The notes under the pieces were generated by a model. The model was not told the origin of the DNA. It worked only from the letters and a program-made list of their open reading frames with translations, and did not search any database. The translations under genes were made by a program, and so were the position numbers. This document shows, one piece after another, positions 33,275-45,832 of a stretch of 64,000 nt of DNA. How positions within the stretch are numbered: the first letter of the stretch is position 1; each line of letters begins with the position of its first letter. The stretch spans positions 248,001 through 312,000 of the forward strand of contig JALAGF010004837.1 in assembly GCA_030167865.1 (NCBI GenBank), in the 5' to 3' direction. This DNA is from Craspedostauros australis. Its lineage: Eukaryota.

Positions 33275-33704
33275 AGTCACATCTGTTCGCGTGGTACGAG
33301 TACCGGAGTGGCATTATACATGCTGTGCTGCAACATGTTGAGTTGCCTTGGACTGCGGGGTTTTCTGAAGGGTGTCGCAATTGGGCTGTGGTTGTCCTCC
33401 TGTCACATGTTGGGAATGGTCGTTGATACGAGTTGTGGGAATCCACGATGCTTCCACGGTTGATGATTGGTGCGGAGACTTTATTGTACCAGTAGCATGC
33501 TAGTATGCAACCATACCTCCCTTCAGCCATGACATACCAATGATGCACTCGCTTCCACATGTTAGTGCGTACGCTTCGGGTACGGTGGTCTGGACCGTCA
33601 TCGTTCATTGCACGAAATAACATAGATCTAATTCCTTCATTCACGCGCCCATCCTTGCATCAGTGCGTATTTGTACACTATCATTCACATCTCGTCGATG
33701 AGGT

Positions 33705-36700
33705 CTACAATGCAATTTCATCCTCGTACTTTTGGCTCTCCGTCGCTTTGATACCTGCTTTGGATGCCTTGATATCGGCGTGATTCGGTTCCAGATGCTC
33801 CTGCCGGATCCTGAGGGCAATCTTGTGATGTCGCATGGCATCCTCGAAGGAGCCTTGTCGATTGTGCACGGAACCCAGCCAGTAATGCGCCTCGGCTGTG
33901 CCAAGATCTTCCGTCCCCAACATCGCCTTGCGGATGGTGACGGCGCGCTCGAACTCATTCTGCGCATCGTCAAATTCGTGATCTTCATTGTACAATCGGC
34001 CCATGTTGAGACGCGCGGTCGCGGTTTGCAAATGCTGCTCTCCGTACAGATGAACAGCGGCGGCCAGCGCCTGTCGGTAGGCCATTTTGGCTCCGGGGAT
34101 GTCATTCTTGCGCAACAGGAGCTCCGCTATCTGATTGCACGACTCCGCCGTCTTGGGATGATACTTGCCCAGCAGGCTGTTGCGGATGCTCAACGCCTTG
34201 CTGAAATTTTCCAATGCCAACCCCTGATTGCATTTGACGATGTAGACGTCGCCGATGCATTGGTAGGTGTCGGCGACAAGCGGATGATTCTCGGTAACGA
34301 TGCGGACCAGGATGCTCATCGATTTCTCGTACTCGCCCAACGGAATATCGGCGGCCTTTTTGGTCTTCAATTTGATGGTGGCAATGCAATTCATGGCGAC
34401 GGCAGTGGATGGATGGTTCTTTCCATGGATGCTCTTGCGAATGGTGAGAACGTGCTTGTAGCATTGCAACGCTGCACCGTAGTTGTGAGTGTCTTCGTAG
34501 GCATGGCCCAATTGTTCAAACGCATCCGCCACAGTGACATTGGTTTTGCCCAGCTCATTGATGAGGATCGTGATGGCCTTGCGGATGGTCTCGATGCCAT
34601 CCTTGGAGGACGACTTGCATTTGGATTTTCCCATCTGGATCATCGACGCCGCGCAGTCAGGATGGTCCGTGGTGCCCTGCACATTCTCTCGAATTTGCAA
34701 CGCTTTGCGGTAGTACTGTTCTGCCTTGATGTAGTGCTCCTGACGATATTCCAAATCACCCAAACACGTCATGGATTCTGCGACGGACGGGTGCGTCTTT
34801 CCCAACGCGGATTCCCGAATGGATAACGCCGTTTGAAAGGATTCCTTGGCCTGGCCGAGATCGCCCTGCTCAAGATGCATGCGTCCGATACTGGCGTGGG
34901 TCGGCGCCACGTCTTCATGCTTCTCACCCAGCACCGATTGCTGCACCAGCAAGGCCGTCTGGTACTCATCCAACGCGCGCTTCGTTTCTCCCTTGTGAGC
35001 CAAGCAATGTCCCACGCAGCTGTACGACTCGGCCACCAGCAGATGGTCCTCGCCTAGCAGACGTTCTCTAATTTGCAATGCCATCTGATGCTCCTTGAGC
35101 GCCGTGTTGTAGTGCCCCTTTTCTATGTACACCGTGCCCATGGAAGCATGGACCGCGGCGACCTGCGGATGCGAATCTCCCAACTTCTGCTTGTAAATGT
35201 CAAATCCTTCCCGCAGGTAGAGCAACGATCCGTCCGTGTCCGTTTGCTTCAGCAGCACCATTCCAATGAGGATGTAGGTGGCCGCCGTCTTGACATGATC
35301 CTTCCCGATCGTCGTTTCCTCCATGACGAGAACTCGCTTGAACAATTCCAACGATCTCTCCGTTTCGCCAAGATGCTCGAAGAAGAGACGACCGAAGAGC
35401 TTGACTTGGTCCGGATCCTCCGCGTTCATGAGGAACTCCATGAATTCATCGTCAATCCTGCCGACCTTGTGGAGGATGTCAAGATCGCCGAGCACGTTCT
35501 CCTGGTTCCTGCCCGTGGATTCTGCAAAGTAGGGACGGAAGAATGGCATGTTGCTGCTGATGCCGAAATGCAGCTTGAAGTCGCGGTGGTGGACCTGGAC
35601 CTCGCAGGTGTGCGCAAGCTCATCCTTGTAAGGCACGGATATGTGGTAGATGATGTCACGGTAGCCGTCAAATCTGGGAATGGCGAATCGGTTGTTGCAG
35701 TCCACGATGTGGATGTTCTCGCGGAACCACTTGTTGACGTCCGACATCTGCTTGATCGTTTTGCAGACGATGCCGGCACGCACGACGTCGAAGATCCATG
35801 ATTCGCCGGGGCCCGGGTTGCGAAATGCGAACTGCTCCTGCGCCTTCTCTGAGGCGCGCACACGTCGTTTGATGGGTGAGAAGATGATGTCCTGCGCGGA
35901 GAGACCGTTGACGCTGTCGACAAGCTGCGTGATGAGCGTTTTGAATGAGGATTCCGCCTGTTCGGCCGCGCCGTAGAGGTCCGAGAGGGTCTTGACGCGC
36001 CTGCCACGAAGATCCTGCTGCTGGTAGGCCTGTTTGTGAGTGACGCCGTCTCGTTCCAGCAAGCCCTTGGTGTGTGATTTGACCTTCATGTTGGCAAGCT
36101 TGCAGTGCGGATCCACGACGATGTTGCGTTCGTCACCAGAAACAATGTTCTCAAAGAATTGGCCGAGACGAGCGAAGAACTTTTGCTGCTTGGCGGTGAC
36201 GGCGGAGGATTCTGGGTTGATGTTCTCGAAGGGCGTGAGAATGTCCACATCGAACGCATCATCGTCGTTATCATCCAGCTCGAGCTCCTGGAAGGCGGAT
36301 ATGTTGCGTTGTGACAGACGTTTATACTGCGACGACATCCGCGACGATCGTTTGTGGTTGCTTCCGCCGTTGAGAGAGGTGTTGTCTCCATTCGCTTGCC
36401 CATTTCCATTGGCCGAACCGCCCCCGTTCGTCTTGCTGGAGCGCTTGCCAGCCTTGGCCTTGGGACTGAGGATCTTCGGAGGTGGGACGGCTGACTTCCT
36501 GTCGTGGCTGCTGCCTCCGGCGAGGTTGGCGGACGAGTTGCGGCGCGTGTTTGCTGGCCTTGGGCTCGTGGTGGGCGTCTTCCTGTCGTGGTTGCTGCCG
36601 TTGGCGAGGCCGCTGAAGGATGCCTGGCGCTTGCTGCCGGGCCTGTCCTTGTTCTTCTTCCCAAGCGACGCGTGGTCCTCTTCGGCCTCCTCATCGTGGG

Positions 36701-37319
36701 TCATGGCGAAGTTGAGGTTGGCCACCGAGGCTGAGAAGTTGGCCGTGGACGCCGCCTCGAGATCGCTGACGCTGTTGATGTTGTCGTCGATGGCCTTCTT
36801 GTACGCCACCATGCGGCGCTCTATGGTTTCGATGGAGTCTGCCAGCGGTTCGAGGATGGCGTACTTCATGTTGTTGACCATCGTCATGAGCACCTGCAGC
36901 TCGCCACCCAGCTCGCCGTAGTCCTCATTGCGCTGTATGGTGTTGACCATGGCCGTGAGGCGCTTGTCGGTCTCCTTCCCCGTCTTGATCTTCTTCTTGT
37001 CCTGGAAGGACTTGGTCATGTGCTGTGCCTTCTTGCATCGTATGATGGCCTTTGCGACAGATCGATTGGGGTCAGTTGGTGGATGCGGGTGGAGATGCAG
37101 GAGTAGATGCAGGAATAGATGCAGGTGGAGATGCACTGTGTGAGCATGAATGAGAGTATGGGCAGCCCGTAGCGGCAACATGGGCAGTAGTAACCGTATG
37201 GCAGTCCAGCATCAATCACCAAAGATGCACAGGTGCGGAAAGTCCAGCCCACTCCACTTCGGCCCCAAAGGATTGGCTTTACTCACCTTCTCGATGATGC
37301 TGTCTGGAGCCTTCCCCAT
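33705..37319 (-). CDS. RelA/SpoT-like nucleotidyltransferase domain + long TPR array (paralogue A); exons 37319-37287 and 37049-33705
   Basis: PIKRRVRASEKA..FDVVRAGIV..NRF..GYRDIIYH..CEVQVHH followed by about 14 kinesin-light-chain-type 42-aa TPRs. Exon 1 MGKAPDSIIEK|gtgagt, CTGAC branch point, aag|GCC acceptor in frame. Confidence 0.8.
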
Positions 37320-38595
37320 GGTGCGAACGTCTTGGTGTGGATGTGTCTCCTTTCCTTCGGTTTTGTTGCGATGCTCTTGCTTCTGTTTCAACTGTTGATG
37401 CTGCGGTTGATGTCCCCCTTCTGGCGTACGAGCTACCAACAAGTATGAGCTGCGAGTGCGAGGCGCCAGTGATTGCGGGATTGGGTTGATGGGACAGCTG
37501 AGAAGTGGACAGGCAAGAAGAATAGAGAAGCTGGGGAGGCTGGACAGGAGGCGGTCGTTTGCGTTGCGCAAGTCCACGTTTCACTCTGCGCTTTGGTCAA
37601 GCTGCCAAGGAGACAAGATCGAATGGTATGGTCGAGGCAATGCCGAGGTGATTGATTGTGGTGCTTCTTCCTTGTGGCTTGTACTACTACTCGTCCGAAC
37701 AACTCTCCAGATGTGAATGCCTCTGCTTCCACTTCGGGTGCATTCACAGACAAGAGTGCAACCAACGCGTTTGTCGGAAGCAAGTGGAGCGCTGTTTTCG
37801 CGCCCAAAGTGTCCACGACAGCGGTTTCTTTGCTGTGTCTTTCTGCCCACAGTGGTGCTTTGGCCACTGTTCGTGCGAAAACGCTGGTTGGCGCGTCGGT
37901 ATGTCATCTACGGGTATGTCCAACAAAGAGACATCGATGACAGCATCTGCGACGGTGGGAGGGAAAGGATCCGTGTCCCACCAGTCACGGACATCGCAAA
38001 GGTCACCATTTCATGCCCCAAAGTGCACCCCTTTTCGTCACAAATTGGTTGTAACATCGCCTCTTCGGCAAATGACTGCAACATCAACGCGATCATCGTC
38101 ATCATGGATACAAGCAGCAACAACAGCAACAACAGCAGCAGTAGGAACTCCTTGACAATTGAACTTGTTCGGTCGGGTTAGTAGTTTGGGTGGCGTTGCA
38201 TTTCGCTGCGTTGAGAGGCATTCGTAGGAGCAGCAATGATACTCTACTCCACTCCCTACTCGGATGCAGATGTGTGTTTATCATGCATTATGGTCTACCT
38301 GCTGCATGGCACGCTGCGGGTAGAGTGCTGGGAGAGTATCGACACTAATGCACAGCGCTCCCTTCAGTGCAAGCCGATGGTTGCTTCGGTGTGCGTCGAT
38401 AGCGAGGATCGCATCCGGTTCATTAACATGGAATTCCCTCGCCACCCAACCACCCAGTCATGTTACTGCCCAACTATCCTTCCGTGTCGACATAATATAT
38501 GTCATGATGGTGGTGGTGATGGAAGTGGTGGTGAATGAATGGGGCATGGAGAGGGAGGTAGAGCATTGGAGTTGCTTGGAGTTGCGGTGGTAATC

Positions 38596-40836
38596 TTAAT
38601 CCTCTTCTTCTTCGCTTCCGCTCTCTTCTCCTTCGGCGTATTCCTCGTCATCGTCATATTCCTCTTCACTGTGGCCTTCCTCTTCTTCTTCTTCGTCATC
38701 CTCGTCCATCAGACCTTCGCGCTGACGATTCTCATTCAGATGGATGCTCTGCAACGACGCGCGCGTGTCTGCGTTTCGGGAGCCCAGAATCTTATCGCGG
38801 ATGGCGTACGCATTTCGGTGCATCGCCAAGGCGCCGTCATAGTCGCTCTTCTGGTTCAGAATGAAACCAACGTTGGCCATGGAGGCGGCGACTTCCGGGC
38901 TTTCCTTGCCGCACACGATCTCGCGGGTGCGCAACGCCTTGCGATGTCGGGCCTCGGCCTCTTCGTAGTCCTCGACCTCGCCCAGCAGGATGCCGATCTC
39001 CGTGTGAGATTCGGCGGTCATGGGATGGCTCTTACCAAACACTTCCTCGCGGATGGCCAGCGCCATTTCGTACTCCTCCATGGAGCCCTCGAAGTCGCCC
39101 TGCTGGTGCAGCACTCCGCCGAGCAGGCTGTGGGATGCAGCGACGTCGGCGTGGTTCTCGCCCAGCAACGACTCCAGGATGGACAGGGACTCGCGGTAGG
39201 CCGCGAGCGCACCCTCGAAGTCGCCCAGCTGGCACAGCGACTCGCCGATGTGCTGGTAGGAGTCGGCGACGTCAAGATGGTCCTCACCCAGGCAGCGTTC
39301 CCGGATCACCAGAGCCTTGCGGTACTGCTGCAGAGCACCACGGTGCTCCAGCAGATCGTTGTTGGCCTCGCCGCGTTTTCGGATGGTGTTGCCCAAGTGG
39401 CTGCGCGTGATTGCGACTTCCGGGCTGTAGGCGCCGAACACCTCCTCCTGGATCTCCAGGCACTTTTGCAGGTTCCGCAGCGCGTTGTCGCAGAGCCCCT
39501 TCTTGGCCTGCACCAGACCAACGGACTGGTAGGTGGCCGCCGTGTCGGGATGCATCTCGCCGATGGACTCCTCCTGCAGCGTGAGGACGCGGGTGAAGAT
39601 CTGCAGGGATCGGTTGTAGTCGTCCAGCTTCTGGTCGAACAGCTTGCCGAACACCGTGAGCTGGTCGGGGTTGTCGAAGCTGAGAATTTTGTCCATCGTC
39701 AGATCGTCGATCTTGCCCATCCTGAGGAGCATGTCGAGGTCCCTCATGGTCTCGATGGTGGTGCGGTTGGGCCCGGCGAAGCAGGAGCGGAAGTACTTGT
39801 AGTGGTTGAGCGTACCCAGCATCTTCTCGATGTTGTTGGCCTCCTTGTGATGGACCTGGATCTCGGCGACGAAGAAGACGTTCTCCTTGTACTGCCAGTC
39901 GATGAGGACGTGGTAGAGCAGGTCGCGGTATCCGCTGTAGGCAGGCGAGACGAATCTGTTTTTGGACTGCACGATGTGCGCCTTCTTGGAGAGGAACTTG
40001 TTGACGCTCTCCATCTGCTTAATGGTCTTGCAGGTGATGCTGCAGCGCAGCACGTCCCACAGCCACGTCTCCGGCGGGCCTGGCAATCTGGTGAGGTACT
40101 CCTCGCGCGCCTTCTGGTTGGCGCGGTCGCGCGGCTTGAGCTCGACGATCTTGGCGTCGACGTAGTCCATGCCCTTGACCTTGTCCACGATCTTGTCGAG
40201 CAAGTCGCGCAGGCTCTGCTTGATCTGGTAGGCGGCCTCGTAGACCTCTCCTAGGTTGCGTGCGATGTCGCCCTCCGCATCCTGCTGCTGGTACTTGGTC
40301 TTGTAGGTGCCGTCCTCCTCGATGAGTCCGCCGGAGTGGTCGATGACCTCGATCTCCTTGAGACGTCCCTTGGGGTCGATGCGCTCCATGCGCTCCTCCA
40401 CCTTGCGCTGCACGTTCATGAAATGATTGAGGCGTTCGTAGAACTTCTCCTGCTTGGCAAGGAGCAGGGCGCTTCCTTCTTCGTCGTCCTCCTCCTCGTC
40501 GTCGCCGTCCATTCCGCGAGCACGCGCTCCGTTGGTCTGGTTCGCGCCGCCGTCATCGTCTTCCTCTTCGTCGGAGTACACCTCGCGTTGCACCATGTCA
40601 TCCGCGAGCGGTGCCAGTTCGTCGTTGACCTCGGAATCCTCCGGCTCTTCGCCTTCATCTTCATCACTGCCGCTGTCGTCGCCGCCGCCGGCTGTGCTGC
40701 TTGCGACGGAGGTGGCCTCCTCGGCTTCGCTGCTGTCATCATCGTCCTCGACGGAGCTGATATCGACGGACTCGCCACCGCTGCTGCTGCTGTCGCTGTC
40801 ACTGTCGCTATCGCTGTGCATGTTGAAGATCGTCAT
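38596..40836 (-). CDS. RelA/SpoT-like nucleotidyltransferase domain + TPR array (paralogue B), acidic termini
   Basis: LKPRDRANQKA..WDVLRCSI..KNRF..GYRDLLYH..AEIQVHH followed by about 7-8 42-aa TPRs; clearly homologous to the neighbouring gene. Confidence 0.82.
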   Translation of the reverse strand: MTIFNMHSDSDSDSDSSSSGGESVDISSVEDDDDSSEAEEATSVASSTAGGGDDSGSDEDEGEEPEDSEVNDELAPLADDMVQREVYSDEEEDDDGGANQTNGARARGMDGDDEEEDDEEGSALLLAKQEKFYERLNHFMNVQRKVEERMERIDPKGRLKEIEVIDHSGGLIEEDGTYKTKYQQQDAEGDIARNLGEVYEAAYQIKQSLRDLLDKIVDKVKGMDYVDAKIVELKPRDRANQKAREEYLTRLPGPPETWLWDVLRCSITCKTIKQMESVNKFLSKKAHIVQSKNRFVSPAYSGYRDLLYHVLIDWQYKENVFFVAEIQVHHKEANNIEKMLGTLNHYKYFRSCFAGPNRTTIETMRDLDMLLRMGKIDDLTMDKILSFDNPDQLTVFGKLFDQKLDDYNRSLQIFTRVLTLQEESIGEMHPDTAATYQSVGLVQAKKGLCDNALRNLQKCLEIQEEVFGAYSPEVAITRSHLGNTIRKRGEANNDLLEHRGALQQYRKALVIRERCLGEDHLDVADSYQHIGESLCQLGDFEGALAAYRESLSILESLLGENHADVAASHSLLGGVLHQQGDFEGSMEEYEMALAIREEVFGKSHPMTAESHTEIGILLGEVEDYEEAEARHRKALRTREIVCGKESPEVAASMANVGFILNQKSDYDGALAMHRNAYAIRDKILGSRNADTRASLQSIHLNENRQREGLMDEDDEEEEEEGHSEEEYDDDEEYAEGEESGSEEEED

Positions 40837-41871
40837 TTTGTCGTCGGTTCCTGCGATTGAAGGGGAGCTGATGGCCCTGTTGTTGGCTTCTTCGATTCAC
40901 CCTATCGAGTGGCAAATCAAATCGCGCTGTCCTCGCCTGTTGGCCACCTCAGATGAGATGATGCCAAGCGACAATTGCGTTGCTTGAAGCTTGTGTTCGT
41001 GTGTATGGTATGTTATGGTATGGTAGATGATGTCTCGTTGATGCTGGCCACGGAGAGGTCGACAGCGCGGTTCAATAATACTCCACTGGTACGAGAGCCG
41101 CGGATAGTGGTGGACGAAGCCAAGAGATGCGACTGCGGAGAAGCGAAACACTCCAAAAGGGGGAGAGGAGGAGAGAGAGGCGAAGGTGATGGGGGACACG
41201 AGACAGAGAGGCAGAGAGCCTTGGAGAACGAGGAGGAAAGATGTGAGGCACCACAACCAACGAATCACAACAGAGGATCACAACAGAGAGAGGGAGAGTG
41301 CGGACAGAACCGAACAAAACCAGATCGAAGGATTCGGCAGTCATAGTCATTTCGACATCGTGCCAGTTTGCCGTGTGTTGCCACAAAAACCCAGGGTTTT
41401 TTCAGTCATGTTTGTTTTAGTCATCGTGATCGGTGGTGTGCGTTTGTCCGCCTCAACTGAATATTGGTGCCCATTTCAAATGAGTCATACTCACCCACGA
41501 CTCGCCGAAGCGGCAGGTTGAAGTATCCTCACTTCAGACAATCTCGTGAAACCGAAATCTGTCGGAATCCAATGTTCAAATCCTCGCTGCCAATCGCCTG
41601 CAACACTCGCAGCTGTCCACCTGTTCCGGTGTTTCTGCACCAAAGATCTTTCTTCTTCTCTTGTCCTGTCTGCCTCCATCTGTCTCTGTTTCGTGTGTCG
41701 TTTCTTCTCTTCCTGTCCTTTTGTGGTGGATTTCGCGTGTGGGTGTCCTTCCTTTCACCGTCTGTCTTCGCGGTGGATGTTGGTGTGTTGATTGATGCTG
41801 AGCTGTGACAAGTTCACACCCACAAAAAGTCAAATATCCCCCTTTGCAAGTCAACCATCAACACCATCAAA

Positions 41872-42495
41872 ATGAAGCTCGCCATCGCCGCCCTCCTCGC
41901 CGGTTCCGCCGCCGCCTTTGCCCCATCCCAGTCTGCCAAGACCACCTCTGCCCTTCAGGTCAGCGAGCTCGAGCTTGGTGTCACCGAGCCACTCGGTGTC
42001 TACGACCCACTCGGATGGGTTGAGACCCAGCCAGAGTCCTTCGAGCGCCGTCGTGCCGTCGAGCGCAAGCACGGACGTGTTGCCATGGCTGCCGTTGTCG
42101 GATGCATCGTCCACAACAACCACATCGTCTTCGACGGATACCTTTCCCCATCCGCCGGCCTCAAGTTCTCCGACATCCCAACCGGAACTGACGGAATCCG
42201 CGCCATCCCAACCGCCGGACTCGCCCAGATCTTGGCCTTCTTCGCCCTTGTTGAGCTCGCATGGATGCCAGCCTCCAAGTACGACGGAGACTACGGCGTT
42301 GGCTACTTCGGTTCCAACATCGAGGACCCAGAGGAGAAGGCCCGCAAGCTGAACGTCGAGCTCAACAACGGACGTGCCGCCATGATGGGTATCTTCGGAA
42401 ACATGGTTGCCGAGCAGCTCACTGGCCAGACCATGTACGAGCAGTACGCCGCTGGACACATCTCCCCATTCGGTGATGGCCAGGGTGTCTTCTAA
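41872..42495 (+). CDS. Fucoxanthin-chlorophyll a/c light-harvesting protein, Lhcf15-like, intronless
   Basis: GSAAAFAP presequence; YDPLG, ERKHGRVAM, ELNNGRAAM; strong codon bias; close paralogue of 25594-26639. Confidence 0.95.
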   Translation: MKLAIAALLAGSAAAFAPSQSAKTTSALQVSELELGVTEPLGVYDPLGWVETQPESFERRRAVERKHGRVAMAAVVGCIVHNNHIVFDGYLSPSAGLKFSDIPTGTDGIRAIPTAGLAQILAFFALVELAWMPASKYDGDYGVGYFGSNIEDPEEKARKLNVELNNGRAAMMGIFGNMVAEQLTGQTMYEQYAAGHISPFGDGQGVF

Positions 42496-43332
42496 GTACT
42501 CACGCACTGACCACGTGTGTACAGTACAGCTCGCCACGGGCAAGGCCTCACCATGCATCAATTATTGTCTAAGCAATAGTAGTCCTCAATAGTTTTGCAT
42601 AACAACACCGACTGTCTTCATCGCAGTCACGAGCAGATAGTCTTACTTCCTCTCTCTCTCTCCAGAGATCCTGCTGGATACGCCAAAGGAATGGCTACCG
42701 CCACTCTGCCCCACAACGAACGTACTCCAATCCACTTGTACACACGCCAACCATGAGAAAGCGTTCGCTGTTCCACATGCGAGCCCCAAACTTGTGGCTC
42801 TTGTCCGCAGGGGTCTCTTCACGTATCATAAAATAGATCTTACCATGCACATGAGAGCCACTAAGTCCCGGTGACATCACCCAGCTGTTCCAACCTGTCT
42901 GAAGTATCCTGGACTCTGCAGAACATCCATCTGCTGATTGTCCATGAGAACAGGTCAACCAGCTGGATTGACACGATGGTCATCCCTCTCCACCCTCGTC
43001 AAGCCCATTGCCGATGTTGCTGCGAGCAAACCGGTCTTGTGTGGTGTGCATACCCGTTGTTGCAATAGCCTATGCTTCTGCAACTAACCCCAGCATCCTC
43101 TGCTCCAGATCGTATTGTATCACAGTACTCCCATCACCAATCACTCTAATGCGACGACTTGAACTATTCACGAGTTTGCTAGCTGGCTGGAGGAGGTATT
43201 ATGGCATGGTATTATATCCATGGTGAGTTTTTTTCTTACGACGACAACCATACAGATGCATGGTAGACTACCATTAATCAATCATCTGTCGGTTGGTTCA
43301 TTTGTTGCCCGGCCTGGCGCATGCATCCCTGC

Positions 43333-45046
43333 TTAATCGCGTCCAGCCATGGATTGACTGTCGAGGGCCATTCCCATGGCGTGCAGACCGTTGTCGACGT
43401 AAAGGGTGACGCCGGTGACAGTTCTGGCCATTGGAGAGCAAAGGAAGAGGGCGGAGTTGCCGACATCGTCGCTGTACAGGTCCTGGGCCAGTGGGGCGTT
43501 GGCCTTGGAGTAGTCGATGGCGTACTCGATGAAGGTCTTCTGGCCTGGCTCCTTTCCGATGGCGGAGGCGGCACGGGACTTGAGTGGTCCGGCGCTGATG
43601 GTGTTGATTCGGATTCCGTGCTTGCGCCCGGCTTCGAATGCGAGCGTTCTGGTGTCACTCTCGAGCTGGGCCTTGGCGGACGACATACCACCGCCATATC
43701 CTGGGATGACCTTCTCCGAGGCGATGTATGTGAGGGAGAGGGCGCTGCCACCCTCGTTCATGAGGGGACCGAATTTCTGGACGAGGGAGACGTAGGAGTA
43801 CGCGGAGGCAGAAGCGGCGGCGAGGTATCCTTTGCGGCTGGTCTCCAGGAGTGGCTTGGTGACCTCTGGGCCATTGGCAAGCGAGTGGACGAGGATGTCA
43901 ATCTTTCCGTAATCGGCCTCGATGGCCTTGGCAACCTCGGAGATGGTGTATCCGTCGAGTCCTGCGTAACGCTTGTTGTCCTTGATCTCGTCTGGGACAT
44001 CCTCCGGGACATCGAACACGGCATCGAGTGGGTAGATCTTGTCAATTGTCATCTTGGAACCGTCGGAAAGGATGGAGTCCTCGTCGAACTGGCCCTTCTT
44101 CAAGCTCATCTGAAAGATCTTGAGCACAGGTGGCCAGGTTCCAACAATGATGGTGGCACCGGCGTCAGCAAGAGCCTTGGCGATGGCCCAACCGTATCCG
44201 GTGGAATCGGCAACACCGGCGATGAACGCGACCTTACCCTTCAAGTCAACAGAGGCGGCCATGGAGAGCTCGGTGCTTCCGCGGGCAGATGCCGAAGACG
44301 ATCGAACCTCATAGGTGGTGGACTTTGCGCTGAAGCTGCTCTGTCCGATTGCTGTCGATGGGTATGGCGGAAGCGCGGGAATTGATTTTGAGTGTTGACG
44401 GCCGTCGTCATTGGGTAATCAAGGCGTCAACAGCACCGTATTTGTGATTGTTTTTGCGGTTGACCGAACCGATTTGCATTTAATCAATTGGGAGAGTATA
44501 ATAGATTGGAGTCGAGTAGATTGGTTGCCATCGTCGTCGTCGCACAAACGCAATTCGTGTGACCACCAGCAATTCATCAGTGCGTTCATGTACCAATAAT
44601 GGTTCAGCGAGTTGTGTTGTTTGGTCGGATTTTGGTGTTGATGATGTGAGATTGGCTAAGGGGAAAGGTGTAGTCTTCCATTGTCGCATGCTGCCGCATG
44701 GTGCTGCTTCTGCTGCTATGACTGCCGTTGCTGTTGCAATCGCAGATGTAAAGGCAAGGGAATGGTGTGCCTCGCGGACCTCCGTCTGAATAGAAGGACA
44801 TCCAATGTCAACACAATTGTTGATGTCTGCACACCAACGAACCTGAATGCAATCAACACATACACAGACACAGACTTTTGGAATCCACATCAACGATCCA
44901 CCAAGGACGCTGACAGCGACAATAGCAATGGTATCATCACATCATCACAGCATCACTCCGCACAACTTACGCAGAGATGGGCTGAAGGCAACAGCCGTGG
45001 AGATGAAGACGCTGGTGGCGACGGCGAAGAGGCTTCGGAACATCAT
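43333..45046 (-). CDS. fabI: Plastid enoyl-ACP reductase; exons 45046-44971 and 44351-43333
   Basis: [44 protein letters not shown]. The signal exon [25 protein letters not shown] splices in phase 1 to a Ser-rich transit peptide. Confidence 0.95.
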
Positions 45047-45832
45047 GATGGATATTGTTTTGGTCGTGGTGGTTTGTGTTGTGGGATGTCGAGAGGGCTC
45101 CAGTTCGGCAGCTGGGTGGGATGTGAGTGGTGTGATGGCTTGGTGGCGGTGATGCAAGTGTTCACGGTGTGGATACGGTTTGGATGGGAAGATGTCGTGA
45201 GTGATTGATCGATTGGCATGAAAACACGTACTTGTGCCGACTGGGCGTGACGGGAGTCGATGTGGATCGACTAAGTTGACTTGATGACGTGACCACGCAG
45301 GTGGGTTGGGATCGACAAATCTGTGGCGTTGAGGGCTGATCTTTTCACGATGCAGTGGTGCGAATACGATAGATCGGGGGTAGAGAGTCTGGGAGAGACA
45401 GGAATCGATGAAAGGGGAGGATGAATGGATCCAAACAAACACAGATTTGCATGCATGGGTACTAACACGTACTCGCAATCGTATTTGTGCTCTCTTGTTG
45501 TGATTAGAAGACTGTGTCGTAACTCCGTCGAATAGAATGTATTGTATCGTTTTTGTCTTGTGGAAGATGTATTGCAACGCGGGGCAAGGCAAGCAGTTGA
45601 ATGTTAATCTTTTGGAGTTTCCCTCCAATGGTCCCCTGCGTCCCATGAAATGCTCTGCTCCATTTGTGGTGATCGTACGGGTGTGAAGATGGCGATCCAT
45701 TCTTCTCCTGCCCTGTTTCAGCCCTCCTCTCTGTCTCTGCTGCTCCACATATAACATAACGGCTTGTTTGTTAGGGATACAATTGAACGTTTGTGACATG
45801 AAGGTAGTCTGACATGCGGCAGTACCGTTCTA

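Noticed and set aside
38539-40254. 571-aa plus-strand ORF
   Set aside because: Antisense shadow of the GC3-rich TPR gene; no motifs.
33705-40836. Kinesin light chain annotation
   Set aside because: Only the TPR type is similar; the upstream domain carries synthetase-like motifs not found in kinesin light chains.
44480-44893. Separate ORFs upstream of FabI
   Set aside because: They fall in the 619-nt intron (44352-44970) joining the FabI signal exon to its transit peptide.
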